A DNA stretch of 64,000 nucleotides, taken from NCBI GenBank assembly GCA_021818475.1, contig JAKADZ010000001.1, positions 5,997 to 69,996 of the forward strand, in the 5' to 3' direction. This DNA is from Nanobdellota archaeon (lineage in GTDB: Archaea > Nanobdellota > Nanobdellia > Pacearchaeales > GW2011-AR1). Under the pieces are notes generated by a model. That model worked only from the letters and a program-made list of their open reading frames with translations, was not told the origin of the DNA and did no database searches. The translations under genes were made by a program, and so were the position numbers. Shown in pieces: positions 8,059-17,753 of this stretch. Position 1 is the first letter of the stretch. Each line of letters starts with the position of its first letter.

Positions 8059-8358
8059 GTGACAGAAAAAAGATTAGTTGCTAAAAAACCAGTTGCAAAG
8101 AAAAAACCTAAACCCCTGACAGAAGAGGAATATAATTATTCCCTTGAACAAGAAGTTATTAATATACTAAAATTAAGAGGACTTTATTCTGATATAGAAG
8201 AATTTGCAAAAAGATATTACCGTTCATGTTCTCCAAATATGCGGAAAAATTATCCTAAATTTGAATATTTCAAGGAATTTTTAGAATATCAAACCCAGGA
8301 ACACATAAAAAATCTCGAGAAAATTGTGAGGCAAAAATATTCCAAGGGCTTGCCTTAA
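8059..8358 (+). CDS. Hypothetical Lys-rich protein (GTG start)
   Basis: 99-aa ORF with no in-frame ATG near the 5' end and no recognisable motif. Confidence 0.4.
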   Translation: MTEKRLVAKKPVAKKKPKPLTEEEYNYSLEQEVINILKLRGLYSDIEEFAKRYYRSCSPNMRKNYPKFEYFKEFLEYQTQEHIKNLEKIVRQKYSKGLP

Positions 8359-8408
8359 TAAAACATCTTTTCTAATCACTAAATCCTTTTAAATTAATTT
8401 TACTTTAT

Positions 8409-8474
8409 CGTCGTATGGAAATCAGCCTTGAGCAAGACTTTCAGTGGGAAAGTCAGGCGAACGAAACCGGAGGC
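8409..8474 (-). repeat. Diverged family A unit
   Basis: atcagccttgagcaagactttcagtgggaaagt matches atcagccttgagcacactttcaaggggaaaatg of the 4850 array. Confidence 0.6.
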
Positions 8475-8536
8475 GAGAGTTTTCGCGAATGCAAAGAAAA
8501 TCTTAAATGCAATGAGCGGGGGCTCGAGTAAGTCGC
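8475..8536 (+). repeat. Family C repeat copy abutting the start codon of the MTAP-APRT gene
   Basis: gagagttttcgcgaatgcaaagaaaatcttaaatgcaatgagcgggggctcgagtaagtcgc aligns with the minus strand of 5409..5466. Confidence 0.7.
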
Positions 8537-9823
8537 ATGGGGAAATTAAAGATTGGTATAATCGGAGGGAGTGGACTGGAAGATCCAAATCTCCTCGATG
8601 ATTATAAAGAAAAAGAGGTGGATACTCCGTTTGGTAAACCTTCATCTAAATTAATCACAGGAAAATTATTCGGAATTGATGTTGTAATAATTTCACGCCA
8701 CGGAAAGAAACACGAGATTCCTCCGACGCAGGTGAATAATAAAGCAAACATTTTTGCACTAAAATATGAGGGATGCAAATACATTTTGGCAACAACTGCA
8801 GTTGGTTCTTTAAGAGAAGAAATCAAACGCGGCGATTTTGTAATCCTTGACCAATTCATTGATTTTACAAAAAGAAGAGATGTAACTTTTTATGACAAAT
8901 TTGAATTCGGGGCAATTCATACTCCGATGGCAAATCCATTCTCTGAAAAATTGAGAAAAAAATTAATTGAAGCATGTTCTGAATTCAATTTCTCTCATCA
9001 TAAAACCGGGACAGTTATTACAATCGAAGGTTCAAGATTTTCAACAAGAGCAGAGAGTTATATGTTCCGCCAATGGGGGGCAGACGTAATAAATATGTCA
9101 ATAGCTCCAGAAGCAATTTTAGCAAATGAAGCAGAAGTTGAATATGCAACAATAGCAATGACTACAGATTATGACTGCTGGAAAAACGATGAGGAGCCGG
9201 TGAGCTGGGAGATGGTAAAAGAAATTATGAAAGATAATGTAGAGAAAGTAAAAAAAATTTTATTGAGGGTTGTTGAATCTTTTTCAAGGGAAGAAGAAAT
9301 AAGGAAGTTAAAAGAAAATATCAGAACTATTCCTGATTTCCCAAAACCCGGGATTATGTTCCGCGATATTACTACATTGCTGAAAGATAAGGAAAATGTG
9401 AAAAAGCTAATTGATCTTTTTTATGACAGATATAAAGAAATGGAAATAGATGCTATCGCCGGAATAGAATCGAGGGGATTTGCACTTGCGGGAATGCTTG
9501 CAGGCAGATTGGGTACAGGATTGGTTTTAATAAGAAAACCGGGAAAACTTCCTGCTGAAACAATTTCAGAAGTTTATAATCTGGAATACGGGGTTGACAG
9601 CGTTGAAATTCATAAAGATTCAATTTCTCCCGGACAAAAAATCCTTTTAATAGACGATTTAATAGCAACAGGCGGAACAGCCGGAGCATCATGCAAATTA
9701 ATCGAAGCACTTAAAGGGGAAATTGTCGAATGTTGTTTTGTAATCGAACTTCCCGATTTAAAAGGAAAAGAAAAATTAGCAAGATATCCTGTTTTCTCTC
9801 TGATTAAGTTTGAAGGCGAGTGA
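8537..9823 (+). CDS. mtnP-apt: Fusion protein: 5'-methylthioadenosine phosphorylase (N-terminal) plus adenine phosphoribosyltransferase (C-terminal)
   Basis: 428 aa. The N-terminal ~255 aa carry IGIIGGSGL, ISRHGKKHEIPP and TTDYDCW. The C-terminal ~170 aa carry PDFPKPGIMFRDIT, IAGIESRGF and LLIDDLIATGGT. Confidence 0.85.
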   Translation: MGKLKIGIIGGSGLEDPNLLDDYKEKEVDTPFGKPSSKLITGKLFGIDVVIISRHGKKHEIPPTQVNNKANIFALKYEGCKYILATTAVGSLREEIKRGDFVILDQFIDFTKRRDVTFYDKFEFGAIHTPMANPFSEKLRKKLIEACSEFNFSHHKTGTVITIEGSRFSTRAESYMFRQWGADVINMSIAPEAILANEAEVEYATIAMTTDYDCWKNDEEPVSWEMVKEIMKDNVEKVKKILLRVVESFSREEEIRKLKENIRTIPDFPKPGIMFRDITTLLKDKENVKKLIDLFYDRYKEMEIDAIAGIESRGFALAGMLAGRLGTGLVLIRKPGKLPAETISEVYNLEYGVDSVEIHKDSISPGQKILLIDDLIATGGTAGASCKLIEALKGEIVECCFVIELPDLKGKEKLARYPVFSLIKFEGE

Positions 9824-9872
9824 TTTCACGAGTGCTGGAAATTTAGTATTGCAATGAGCGAGATCAGGAGCA
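9824..9872 (+). repeat. Family C repeat copy directly after the stop codon of mtnP-apt
   Basis: tttcacgagtgctggaaatttagtattgcaatgagcgag matches the minus strand of 5409..5466. Confidence 0.7.
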
Positions 9873-9918
9873 GACCCTTTTCTAAGAATAATAACCATTT
9901 GAAAAGATATTTTTAACA

Positions 9919-10668
9919 TTAAGCAGAACTCGAAACTGAACAGACACATTGGGCAACAACTTTGCCATTAACTGTTTCTCCGCCTGTATTTGTCGGATAA
10001 AAATTTACGCCGCCGCAATTGCTTGCAGTTCCGCTTACATCTGCTTGTTCAACATAATTTGTAACCAAGCCAATAAAACTTCCGCTGATTGCAGAGCATG
10101 CAGAATTACATGGGACTTGCCAGATAGTATTTGTCGTAGGATTAGCCGGACGATAAGCACTGGCACTGACATACATTGCCCCGCTGCATGACGCAACTGA
10201 ATAAAATTTTGAATCAACTTTGCTTCCAACCTGGTCGCTTCCTCCTGAATTTAAAACAGGAGCAATGTCAATTTCTGTTGGAACCGAGATACTTCCTAAA
10301 TCACTTGGAGAAAAAGTAAAAGTCTGGCTTCCCAGTTCCTGAATTGAAGTGCTTTCTTTTACTACCTGACTATTTTTGCCGTCAGAAAAAACAAAATCTA
10401 TTCCGGTCAAATCTCCCTGCCCGGTCCCTCTGGAAATTGTAACAAGATAATTTCCATTTGAGTCAACTAAAACTTTGTCAATTTTTAAATCAAGGAATAA
10501 AGTTCCGAACTGAAAGCTTGCCTGCTGTGTTCCTGATTTTAACATATTTGAAACAACAACCCAGACAACTCCGATTGCAACTAAAGATAAAACAATTATT
10601 ATTAATGTGACGACAATATCTGACAAACCTTTCTTATCCCTTACTTCATTCACCTTTCTTTTTTTCAT
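9919..10668 (-). CDS. Archaeal type IV pilin-like protein (class III signal peptide)
   Basis: 249 aa. KKG|LSDIVVTLIIIVLSLVAIGVVWVVVS is a typical prepilin/archaellin-like N-terminus, and 36 aa are identical to the product of 38204..38686. Confidence 0.75.
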   Translation of the reverse strand: MKKRKVNEVRDKKGLSDIVVTLIIIVLSLVAIGVVWVVVSNMLKSGTQQASFQFGTLFLDLKIDKVLVDSNGNYLVTISRGTGQGDLTGIDFVFSDGKNSQVVKESTSIQELGSQTFTFSPSDLGSISVPTEIDIAPVLNSGGSDQVGSKVDSKFYSVASCSGAMYVSASAYRPANPTTNTIWQVPCNSACSAISGSFIGLVTNYVEQADVSGTASNCGGVNFYPTNTGGETVNGKVVAQCVCSVSSSA

Positions 10669-10720
10669 CTAATAAATTAGGTTTTTTTATTTTTAAATTA
10701 TTGTTTTGTTACCCATTAAG

Positions 10721-10846
10721 ATTAGGTGTCGTAATCAGTCTTGAACCTCTCTCAAAGGAAAGTTTGATAAAGAAAACGATTAGGTGTCGTAATCAGTCTT
10801 GAACCTCTCTCAAAGGAAAGTTTGATAAAGAAAACGATTAGTTGTC
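10721..10846 (-). repeat. Tandem 58-bp repeat (family A variant), two full units plus a partial third
   Basis: attaggtgtc recurs at 10721 and 10779, and atta at 10837 (period 58). The array begins at the stop codon of the upstream minus-strand gene. Confidence 0.85.
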
Positions 10847-11659
10847 TTTATATTTGAAGATTCCGTAAAAATAATTTCCTCTGTCATCATACTTAAAAAA
10901 TGATTGTCTGTCTTTATCATTCAAAAAATCTCCTATCTCTTTGGTATTTATTGTGTCTGAATCAAAATTCATATTCATTTCTGCTTTTAACGACGGCCAT
11001 TTTCCAAGGCTTACAAAATTTATTTCAAAATAATCATTTTCAAAAGAAGGGAGTCTGTCAAGTTTATACCCAAACTGTACCAAATTGTTGTTATACCCTT
11101 TGAACAAAAAAACAAACCTTACTGCATCAAGAAGATTGCAGTTATCCATAAGATTCTGAAAAGTCTGATTGGGTTTTGTTTTTTTGATTTCTTTTAATAC
11201 CCTGCTGTAACGGAGATAACTATATGCGATTAAATCTTCGATATTGTCCTGTGGTTTAAAATCTTCAGCAAAAAATTTTCCCAAATCTGTTTTCTCATGA
11301 ATTTCAATTTTTTTAAAGGGGAATCTGCTCTTAATCAGGGAGAGATAATCAGAATATTCTTTTTCATCTTCTGATTTCAGGAATTTATCTGCAATATCAA
11401 AAAGCTGAACTTCTTTTACTTCATTTATTGCCGCACGGATAGGCCTGAAAAAAGAAAAATTCTCCCCATCATTCATAATAGTTACTAAATCTGCTTTTCT
11501 GTCTGAGTTAAAATCATAGATATCCAGGGATAAATTTTTTTCTCTTACTTCTGTTTCTGTTTTGCTGACAGGAATAATTTCATAGTCTTTTGCTTCTGAT
11601 TGTGCAATAAGTAAACTTCCGCTGAGTGCAAGACTTAGCAATAATTTTTTCAGTTTCAT
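10838..11659 (-). CDS. Secreted hypothetical protein
   Basis: 273 aa with a signal-peptide-like N-terminus, MKLKKLLLSLALSGSLLIAQSEA. Confidence 0.6.
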   Translation of the reverse strand: MKLKKLLLSLALSGSLLIAQSEAKDYEIIPVSKTETEVREKNLSLDIYDFNSDRKADLVTIMNDGENFSFFRPIRAAINEVKEVQLFDIADKFLKSEDEKEYSDYLSLIKSRFPFKKIEIHEKTDLGKFFAEDFKPQDNIEDLIAYSYLRYSRVLKEIKKTKPNQTFQNLMDNCNLLDAVRFVFLFKGYNNNLVQFGYKLDRLPSFENDYFEINFVSLGKWPSLKAEMNMNFDSDTINTKEIGDFLNDKDRQSFFKYDDRGNYFYGIFKYKDN

Positions 11660-11736
11660 AAGTGGAATGCGAAAATGTTCTTTATTAAATTTATGTAAAT
11701 AAGATAGTTTTTTAATTTGTATTTCTATCTAATCTT

Positions 11737-12339
11737 ATGAAGCCCAATCAAAAAGAAGTATGGAACAGAATTGCAGAAGAGTGGTATGAATTTAAGACTT
11801 CTCCTGCAGAACATGTTTTAAGATTCTTAAAAGGTAAGAAAGGGAAAATACTTGACTTAGGTTCAGGGGCAGGAAGACATCTAAAAAAAATCAGAAATGG
11901 AAAAATGTATCTTGTTGATTTTTCTGAGAATATGATAAATCTTGCAAAGAAAAAGGCAGAACAAAAAAAAATAGATGCAGAATTTTTTGTTTCTGATCTG
12001 GCAAAACTCCCATTTGAAGATAATTTTTTTGATGCAGCAATTTTTATTGCTGCTCTTCATTGTATTGAAGGGGAGAAAAACAGAAAAAAAACAGTTGAAG
12101 AGCTTTATCGGGTTCTTAAGCCAAAAGCCAAGGCTGAAATTGCAGTATGGAATAAAAATTCAAAGAAATTCATGAAGTCTGCAAAAGAGAGGTATGTAAA
12201 ATGGAGAGAAAAAGGGGAAAGGTATTATTATCTCTTTGATGCAGATGAAATCTATAAATTATTTGAACAGGCAGGATTTAAGATAACATTTAAAGAAGAA
12301 CCGACAAGAAATATAGTTTTTGAAGTTCAAAAAATATAA
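11737..12339 (+). CDS. Class I SAM-dependent methyltransferase
   Basis: 200 aa with motif I ILDLGSGAGRH and a Methyltransf_11-like layout. Confidence 0.75.
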   Translation: MKPNQKEVWNRIAEEWYEFKTSPAEHVLRFLKGKKGKILDLGSGAGRHLKKIRNGKMYLVDFSENMINLAKKKAEQKKIDAEFFVSDLAKLPFEDNFFDAAIFIAALHCIEGEKNRKKTVEELYRVLKPKAKAEIAVWNKNSKKFMKSAKERYVKWREKGERYYYLFDADEIYKLFEQAGFKITFKEEPTRNIVFEVQKI

Positions 12340-13734
12340 TTATTCTTCTCTCTCTTTCTTAATCTGCTCTGCAATGAAGAAAGCATGATTTGATTCAGCT
12401 TCGTGAACTTCTCCGTCTTTCTCAAAAATAGCAGTTGTTGTAGGAAGAGCAAACTTTCCAAGGACACCGACTTTAGAATAAATTATATATGATAATATTC
12501 TTGTTTCTCCTTCCTGTAATTTATCAAAATGCCATTCTATTCTTTTATTTGCTTCATCAACTTTTCTTGGCATTTCTCCTCCGAATTTTTCATGAAGTTT
12601 TACCAGAGGAGGAAGTCTGTCTATGATATTTACTTTCTCAACAAATTTTCTTGCATTAACAACTATTGAAACTTTCAGCGCAAATTCTCCGCCCTTTGCC
12701 CTTACAAAACTTACTTTCTTCTTGAGTGACAGGCTGGTCTTTGAAAATTGTTTGGTTAGGATGACAATAGCAATTACCAATAAAACTGCAAGCAGAGGCA
12801 ATAGCCAGTTAGTTGTTACAACAATCTGCAGCTGGTCTCCTGGTTTTAATTGCCTTTCCCAGGTATAATAAACAACAAGTCCTTCTCTCTGAACTAAATC
12901 TGGTTCAGGACTGAATGTGGTGAAAAGTCTCGACAGTATATTTTTCTTTAGAACAGTTGTTGAACTTGAGATGACATTCCCTTCATTTACTTTTGTTATT
13001 TTTTTTGTATTAATTATAAATCCATATTCATCCTGAGAACTTGTGACAATATCTTTTTCTGAGAATTCCATAACTCCCTGAACATTTGTATTTTTATTAT
13101 TTGCAGTAATTTCAGCATTTAATGTGTAATATCCTGCCATTAAATCCCTAAACTGCTCTTTATTCAAGGTTATCTCAAAACTTTTCTTTTCATAAGGGTC
13201 CAACGAAATTGTCCTCTCAAAATTAAAAAAAGGAGATTTGAAAGCTACATTTATATTGTCAAAATTAAAATTCGCTAAATTTTTTATATAAACTGAAACA
13301 TTATTTGAGTCTGGTTTGAATTCTTCTGCGCCAACTTCAAATGCCTGATCTAATGTTATCACATTTACTGTCAGAGGATATGTTGCCTGATCGCCATTTT
13401 GTCCTTTTACATAAACATCAAAAGTTACCCTCCCTGTCTGGGTCATATCATCTCTTGGATAAATTCCAATCTGAATATCTTTTGTTTCACCTCCTCCTAT
13501 CTGAACAGTTCCTTTAGGGAACATACTTGAACCAAAAAAATTGTAGAACATTAAATTATCACTGGGACCCATGTTTGTGACATTCAAATCGAAAATTGCA
13601 GGCATATCAAGTCCGCGGATCATTGCAACATCCTGTGTTTCCTGCTGAACATTTAATGTCAATGCAGAAACTGAAGGTAAAATAATCATAGAAAATAGAA
13701 TCAACATCACCAAAACTCTTTTTTCCATAAACAA
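12340..13734 (-). CDS. Secreted, membrane-anchored hypothetical protein with a DUF11-like C-terminal domain
   Basis: 464 aa with a signal peptide and a TM helix (LLPLLAVLLVIAIVILT). The C-terminal pattern DRLPP...W.F..L..GE...LSY resembles the conserved repeat domain. Confidence 0.55.
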   Translation of the reverse strand: MFMEKRVLVMLILFSMIILPSVSALTLNVQQETQDVAMIRGLDMPAIFDLNVTNMGPSDNLMFYNFFGSSMFPKGTVQIGGGETKDIQIGIYPRDDMTQTGRVTFDVYVKGQNGDQATYPLTVNVITLDQAFEVGAEEFKPDSNNVSVYIKNLANFNFDNINVAFKSPFFNFERTISLDPYEKKSFEITLNKEQFRDLMAGYYTLNAEITANNKNTNVQGVMEFSEKDIVTSSQDEYGFIINTKKITKVNEGNVISSSTTVLKKNILSRLFTTFSPEPDLVQREGLVVYYTWERQLKPGDQLQIVVTTNWLLPLLAVLLVIAIVILTKQFSKTSLSLKKKVSFVRAKGGEFALKVSIVVNARKFVEKVNIIDRLPPLVKLHEKFGGEMPRKVDEANKRIEWHFDKLQEGETRILSYIIYSKVGVLGKFALPTTTAIFEKDGEVHEAESNHAFFIAEQIKKEREE

Positions 13735-13788
13735 AATGAGAATAATTTGTATTTAAACATTTCGTTAAGAATTTTTTTGATTTCTTAA

Positions 13789-14292
13789 TTATCTTTTTCC
13801 TTCCAGATCAAGGTATGCTTTTGCCTGTGATAAAAATCCGTCGCAGTCTGATGCAATTTTTCCCTGAAACTCTTCAACTCTCTCGGGTATAACAAATTTT
13901 TCATAAACACTTCTTATGAATTTTTGAAATCCTGTTTTCTCAAATTTCCCTTTGTAATCTCTTACCAGAGTCCCTTTAATGCTGACTTCCACACTTCCTT
14001 TGTTTGTTTTTATTTTCTTTCCGTCCTCTGTAATCTCGACGGGAGTGAGTCCATTTCCTGCTAAAGACACTTTTACTTCCATCTTAAAATAATCAGACAT
14101 TTCTCTTGCACCTGACCAGTCTGCATTAATTGTTTTCGAATCTCCGCTTAATTTTTCAGAATATTTATCCTCGGAAACCCCAAGACCCATTTCATCTTTC
14201 AGCCAGTCATAACAGAATTTATAAAAATCTGCGAAGTTGACAATTCCGCTGTATTTTATTTTGCTTGCAAATATCTTATCTTTTTCTGCCAT
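13789..14292 (-). CDS. Hypothetical protein
   Basis: 167-aa ORF with no recognisable motif. Confidence 0.5.
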   Translation of the reverse strand: MAEKDKIFASKIKYSGIVNFADFYKFCYDWLKDEMGLGVSEDKYSEKLSGDSKTINADWSGAREMSDYFKMEVKVSLAGNGLTPVEITEDGKKIKTNKGSVEVSIKGTLVRDYKGKFEKTGFQKFIRSVYEKFVIPERVEEFQGKIASDCDGFLSQAKAYLDLEGKR

Positions 14293-14380
14293 TGTAATCT
14301 AATAAAAATAGCAAACTTAATTTAAATATTTAACTAGAAAGAGCAATAAAATTTAAAAACAAACATTATCCATCTTTTTT

Positions 14381-14734
14381 ATGGAAAAATATTTTTTGCA
14401 GGATGATATAATTATAGGACATAAATTAATTGTGAATGATGCTAAACCCTTTGGGAAAAAATTATCACTGCAGGATGTTTATTACAATGAATTTATCGGG
14501 GAAGTCAGAAGGGGGCTGGAAGAAATTCCGTTTTATGAAGTGACCGGTTATATGGGGTCTTTTATCCGATATAATATGGAGTTAAACAAAATAAATCATA
14601 TTTCTTTCCGAAATGGCGGGCAGGGAGCAGGAAAAACTGACTTAGAAAAACGAATAAATCTTTTGCAGTATAGATTTGCTGATTCTTATCTGAAAAAAGC
14701 ATTAAAAATTCTTGAAGGGCAGATTAAACATTAA
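14381..14734 (+). CDS. Hypothetical protein
   Basis: 117-aa ORF that overlaps the convergent CBS gene by 4 nt. Confidence 0.45.
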   Translation: MEKYFLQDDIIIGHKLIVNDAKPFGKKLSLQDVYYNEFIGEVRRGLEEIPFYEVTGYMGSFIRYNMELNKINHISFRNGGQGAGKTDLEKRINLLQYRFADSYLKKALKILEGQIKH

Positions 14735-15288
14735 ATTTCATCTCTGCATGATTCGCATATCATTCTTCCGTCGATTTTGAATAATATTCCTTCATGTCCG
14801 CATTCCTCACAGATTCCTTCTCTTCCTTTTCCTTCTGCTTTTTTTATCCGGTTTAACTTTTCAGATTCTTCTTTTATCTTTGCAAACTCTTCAATCTCCG
14901 GATAAAATTCCGGATGAACATTCAGGATATCCCTTGCAGTTATAAATCCGACAAGCTTATTTTTATGAACAACAGGCAGCCTTTCAAATTTTAATCTATT
15001 CATTTTTTCTATCACCTCTCTTATTGTGTTACTTGGGCTTATGATTGCAATTTTTTTAGGAGAAATGTCAATTGCCTTTATTTTTTCAAGGTCATTATGC
15101 GATTTTTTTATCAGCGCCCATAAAATATCCCGTTGTGAAATCAAACCGACAAGCTTTTCTTTGTCTACAATTACCACGTTGCTGACTCTGTTCCTGACCA
15201 TTTTATTTGCACACTCCAGGAGATTTGAATCAGGAGAAACCGTTACTAGTTCTCTTGTCATTATATCTGAGACAAGGATATTTTTCAT
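14731..15288 (-). CDS. CBS-domain pair protein with a C-terminal zinc ribbon
   Basis: 185 aa with two CBS-like repeats and CEECGHEG...CESC at the C-terminus. Confidence 0.75.
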   Translation of the reverse strand: MKNILVSDIMTRELVTVSPDSNLLECANKMVRNRVSNVVIVDKEKLVGLISQRDILWALIKKSHNDLEKIKAIDISPKKIAIISPSNTIREVIEKMNRLKFERLPVVHKNKLVGFITARDILNVHPEFYPEIEEFAKIKEESEKLNRIKKAEGKGREGICEECGHEGILFKIDGRMICESCRDEI

Positions 15289-15376
15289 TGATTATTAAGA
15301 GCTCTCTTACTTATAAATTTTCTTTAACTGCAATATATTATAACAATTTTTAAAAACATAATTTCTATAAAATAAT

Positions 15377-15799
15377 ATGGGTCATTATTATGCAGAGATG
15401 TTTCCGAATGGAGAAGATAAGACTTTTGGATTTAGATGGGCAGATTATCAAAAAGCATGTGCAAGAGAAATTTCTGATATAATTAAAGAAAATCCGATAA
15501 AATTAGATGAAGTTGAAATCGGTGATGAACTGACTTTATATGAGCCATTAAAGGGATTAAGTAAAATAAGATTTGATGACGAAGGTGAATTTCATAAAAT
15601 AAGGGAACTTTTTGGAAGCAGGGCAAAATATTCTAGTTGGGAATTTTGGTCATTGGCCAACTGTGATAATTTTACATGTTATGATAAAAGGATAGTGACC
15701 TGTGACGGCAAGGAATTTCCAGAAGTTAGAACTGACAAACCAAGGAAATTTGACTGGCCGCAGTTTTGGCTTCCTCTTAAGTATTTTCAGAAGAAATAA
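15377..15799 (+). CDS. Hypothetical protein
   Basis: 140-aa ORF preceded by an AT-rich TATA-like region. Confidence 0.5.
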   Translation: MGHYYAEMFPNGEDKTFGFRWADYQKACAREISDIIKENPIKLDEVEIGDELTLYEPLKGLSKIRFDDEGEFHKIRELFGSRAKYSSWEFWSLANCDNFTCYDKRIVTCDGKEFPEVRTDKPRKFDWPQFWLPLKYFQKK

Positions 15800-15885
15800 T
15801 TTTTTCAATCACGATAATGCTTAAAAAATGGGTTTTTCTTTTAGAAAAAGAAAAGCTACACTATAAAAGAAAACTATAATAGAAT

Positions 15886-17493
15886 ATGACAGAAAAACCA
15901 GTTGTTCTTATGCCGGAAGATATTCAGAGAATTATGGGAAAAGATGCGCAGAGAAATAATATTCTTGCAGCACGAATGGTGGCAGAGATGGTTAAAACAA
16001 CACTCGGACCAAAAGGAATGGATAAAATGCTTGTCTCTCCGACAAATGAAATAATTGTTACAAATGACGGAGTAACAATTCTTGAGGAAATGCAGATTGA
16101 GCATCCTGCTGCGAAGATGATGGTTGACATTGCAAGGACGCAGGATTCTGAAGTCGGCGACGGGACTACAAGCGTCGTTATGATTGCTGGAAAATTATTG
16201 GAAAATGCCGAGAGATTACTTGACAAGAAAATTCATCCAACTGTGATCGCAAAAGGTTACAAAATCGCTGCAGAAAAAAGTCAGGAAATCTTAAATGAAA
16301 TTGCACTAAAAATAATTCCGGATAACGATGATATTCTGAAACAGGTGGCGATGACATCAATGACCGGAAAAGGTGCAGAAAGTTCAAAGGAAAAATTTGC
16401 AGATATAATCGTAAAAGCAATAAAGCAGATACAAACTGATGGAAAAATTGACCTGAATGATATTAAAATAGAAAAATCAAAGGGAGACGGCATGGCTGAT
16501 ACAGAATTAATTTCGGGGATAGTTATAGATAAAGAAAAAATTTCAAACGATATGCCTCCCGTCGTAAATGGTGCAAGAATTGTTCTTATAGACTTTCCTC
16601 TTGAATTAAAAAACCCCGAGATAGACACGAAAATTTCAATTTCCTCTCCGGAACAATTGCAGGGATTTCTGAATCAGGAAGAGAGATTGATAAAAGAGAT
16701 GGTTTCTAAAGTTAAAGATACTAACGCAAATGTTGTTTTCTGCCAGAAGGGAGTTGATGAATTTGCGCAATATCTTCTTTCAAAATCAGGAATTTACGCC
16801 TGCAGGAGAGTTGCAAAGAGTGATATGGAAAAATTAGCGAAGGCAACAGGAGGAAAAATTGTCAGCAATCTTAATGAATTATCTCCTTCAGAATTGGGAT
16901 TTGCAGAAACAGTAGAGCAGATAAAACATGGAGACGATTCTTTTACCTATGTTCGTGGTTGCAGGAATCCAAAAGCAGTAACGATTTTAATTCATGGAGG
17001 GACAAGCCACATAATCGATGAGATTGAAAGAGCATTTAAAGACGGGCTTGGAGTTGTAGCTTCTTCATTAAAAACAAGAATGGTTGTTCCGGGTGGAGGG
17101 GCAATTGAAATGGAGCTGGCAAAAAGATTGAGAACTTTTGGACAGTCCCTCAACGGGAGAGAACAACTGGCTGTTGAAGAATTCGCTTCTGCTTTGGAAT
17201 TTATCCCATCAACTCTTGCAGAGAATGCAGGACTTGATCCGATAGACGTTCTTACAGAATTAAAATCAAAACATGATGCAGGGGAAAGAAATGCAGGATT
17301 AAATTTATTCAACAATAAAATTGAAGATGTATTGGCTGCAAGGATAATTGAACCTTACAAGATAAAATCTCAGGCAATTAATTCAGCGAGCGAAGTTGCT
17401 AATATGATTTTAAGAATTGACGATGTTATTGCTTCAAACGGAAAAGGAAAATCCGGAAGCAGCATGCGGACAGAAATGAACGAGGAATTCTGA
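15886..17493 (+). CDS. ths: Thermosome subunit (group II chaperonin)
   Basis: 535 aa with [28 protein letters not shown] and IIEPYKIK, the classic thermosome/CCT signatures. Confidence 0.95.
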   Translation: MTEKPVVLMPEDIQRIMGKDAQRNNILAARMVAEMVKTTLGPKGMDKMLVSPTNEIIVTNDGVTILEEMQIEHPAAKMMVDIARTQDSEVGDGTTSVVMIAGKLLENAERLLDKKIHPTVIAKGYKIAAEKSQEILNEIALKIIPDNDDILKQVAMTSMTGKGAESSKEKFADIIVKAIKQIQTDGKIDLNDIKIEKSKGDGMADTELISGIVIDKEKISNDMPPVVNGARIVLIDFPLELKNPEIDTKISISSPEQLQGFLNQEERLIKEMVSKVKDTNANVVFCQKGVDEFAQYLLSKSGIYACRRVAKSDMEKLAKATGGKIVSNLNELSPSELGFAETVEQIKHGDDSFTYVRGCRNPKAVTILIHGGTSHIIDEIERAFKDGLGVVASSLKTRMVVPGGGAIEMELAKRLRTFGQSLNGREQLAVEEFASALEFIPSTLAENAGLDPIDVLTELKSKHDAGERNAGLNLFNNKIEDVLAARIIEPYKIKSQAINSASEVANMILRIDDVIASNGKGKSGSSMRTEMNEEF

Positions 17494-17564
17494 TTTGATT
17501 TCATCATTTCTTGTTAATTTCTTAAGTTATATGCCCTCGGCTTTGCCCCGAATTACCTTGCTCC

Positions 17565-17586
17565 GAAATCGACTTCGCCAGATTTC
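17565..17586 (+). repeat. 22-nt covarying 3'-end hairpin (GAAATC-GACTTCGCCA-GATTTC)
   Basis: 6-bp stem; lies 72 nt downstream of the thermosome stop on the same strand. Confidence 0.7.
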
Positions 17587-17665
17587 TCCGCCAGAAAATA
17601 ATTAATGGGGGAAAATTTAACATCTGGTTCAACTTTCAATTTTACGGAGACAGATTTTGAGTGAA

Positions 17666-17687
17666 GCATCTTGACAGAGTCTGATGC
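17666..17687 (-). repeat. 22-nt covarying 3'-end hairpin (minus strand GCATC-AGACTCTGTCAA-GATGC)
   Basis: 5-bp outer stem plus an inner GAC/GTC stem; lies 67 nt downstream of the stop of the minus-strand gene 17754..18233. Confidence 0.7.
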
Positions 17688-17753
17688 GGAACGGTATAAA
17701 ATAATTTGAAAATCTTAAAGATTTTCAACAAGATTGCGAAGCAAGAAATTTCC

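Noticed and set aside
8400-8645. 81-aa minus-strand ORF spanning the repeat region and the start of the MTAP-APRT gene
   Set aside because: It overlaps family A/C repeats and the 5' end of a well-supported gene on the other strand.
15874-17315. Multiple 76-115-aa antisense or out-of-frame ORFs within the thermosome gene; similar shadow ORFs occur inside elp3, hsdR, the TIM-barrel gene, 35060..36469 and disA
   Set aside because: They lie entirely within strongly supported genes, have low-complexity translations, and are expected by chance in AT-rich coding sequence.
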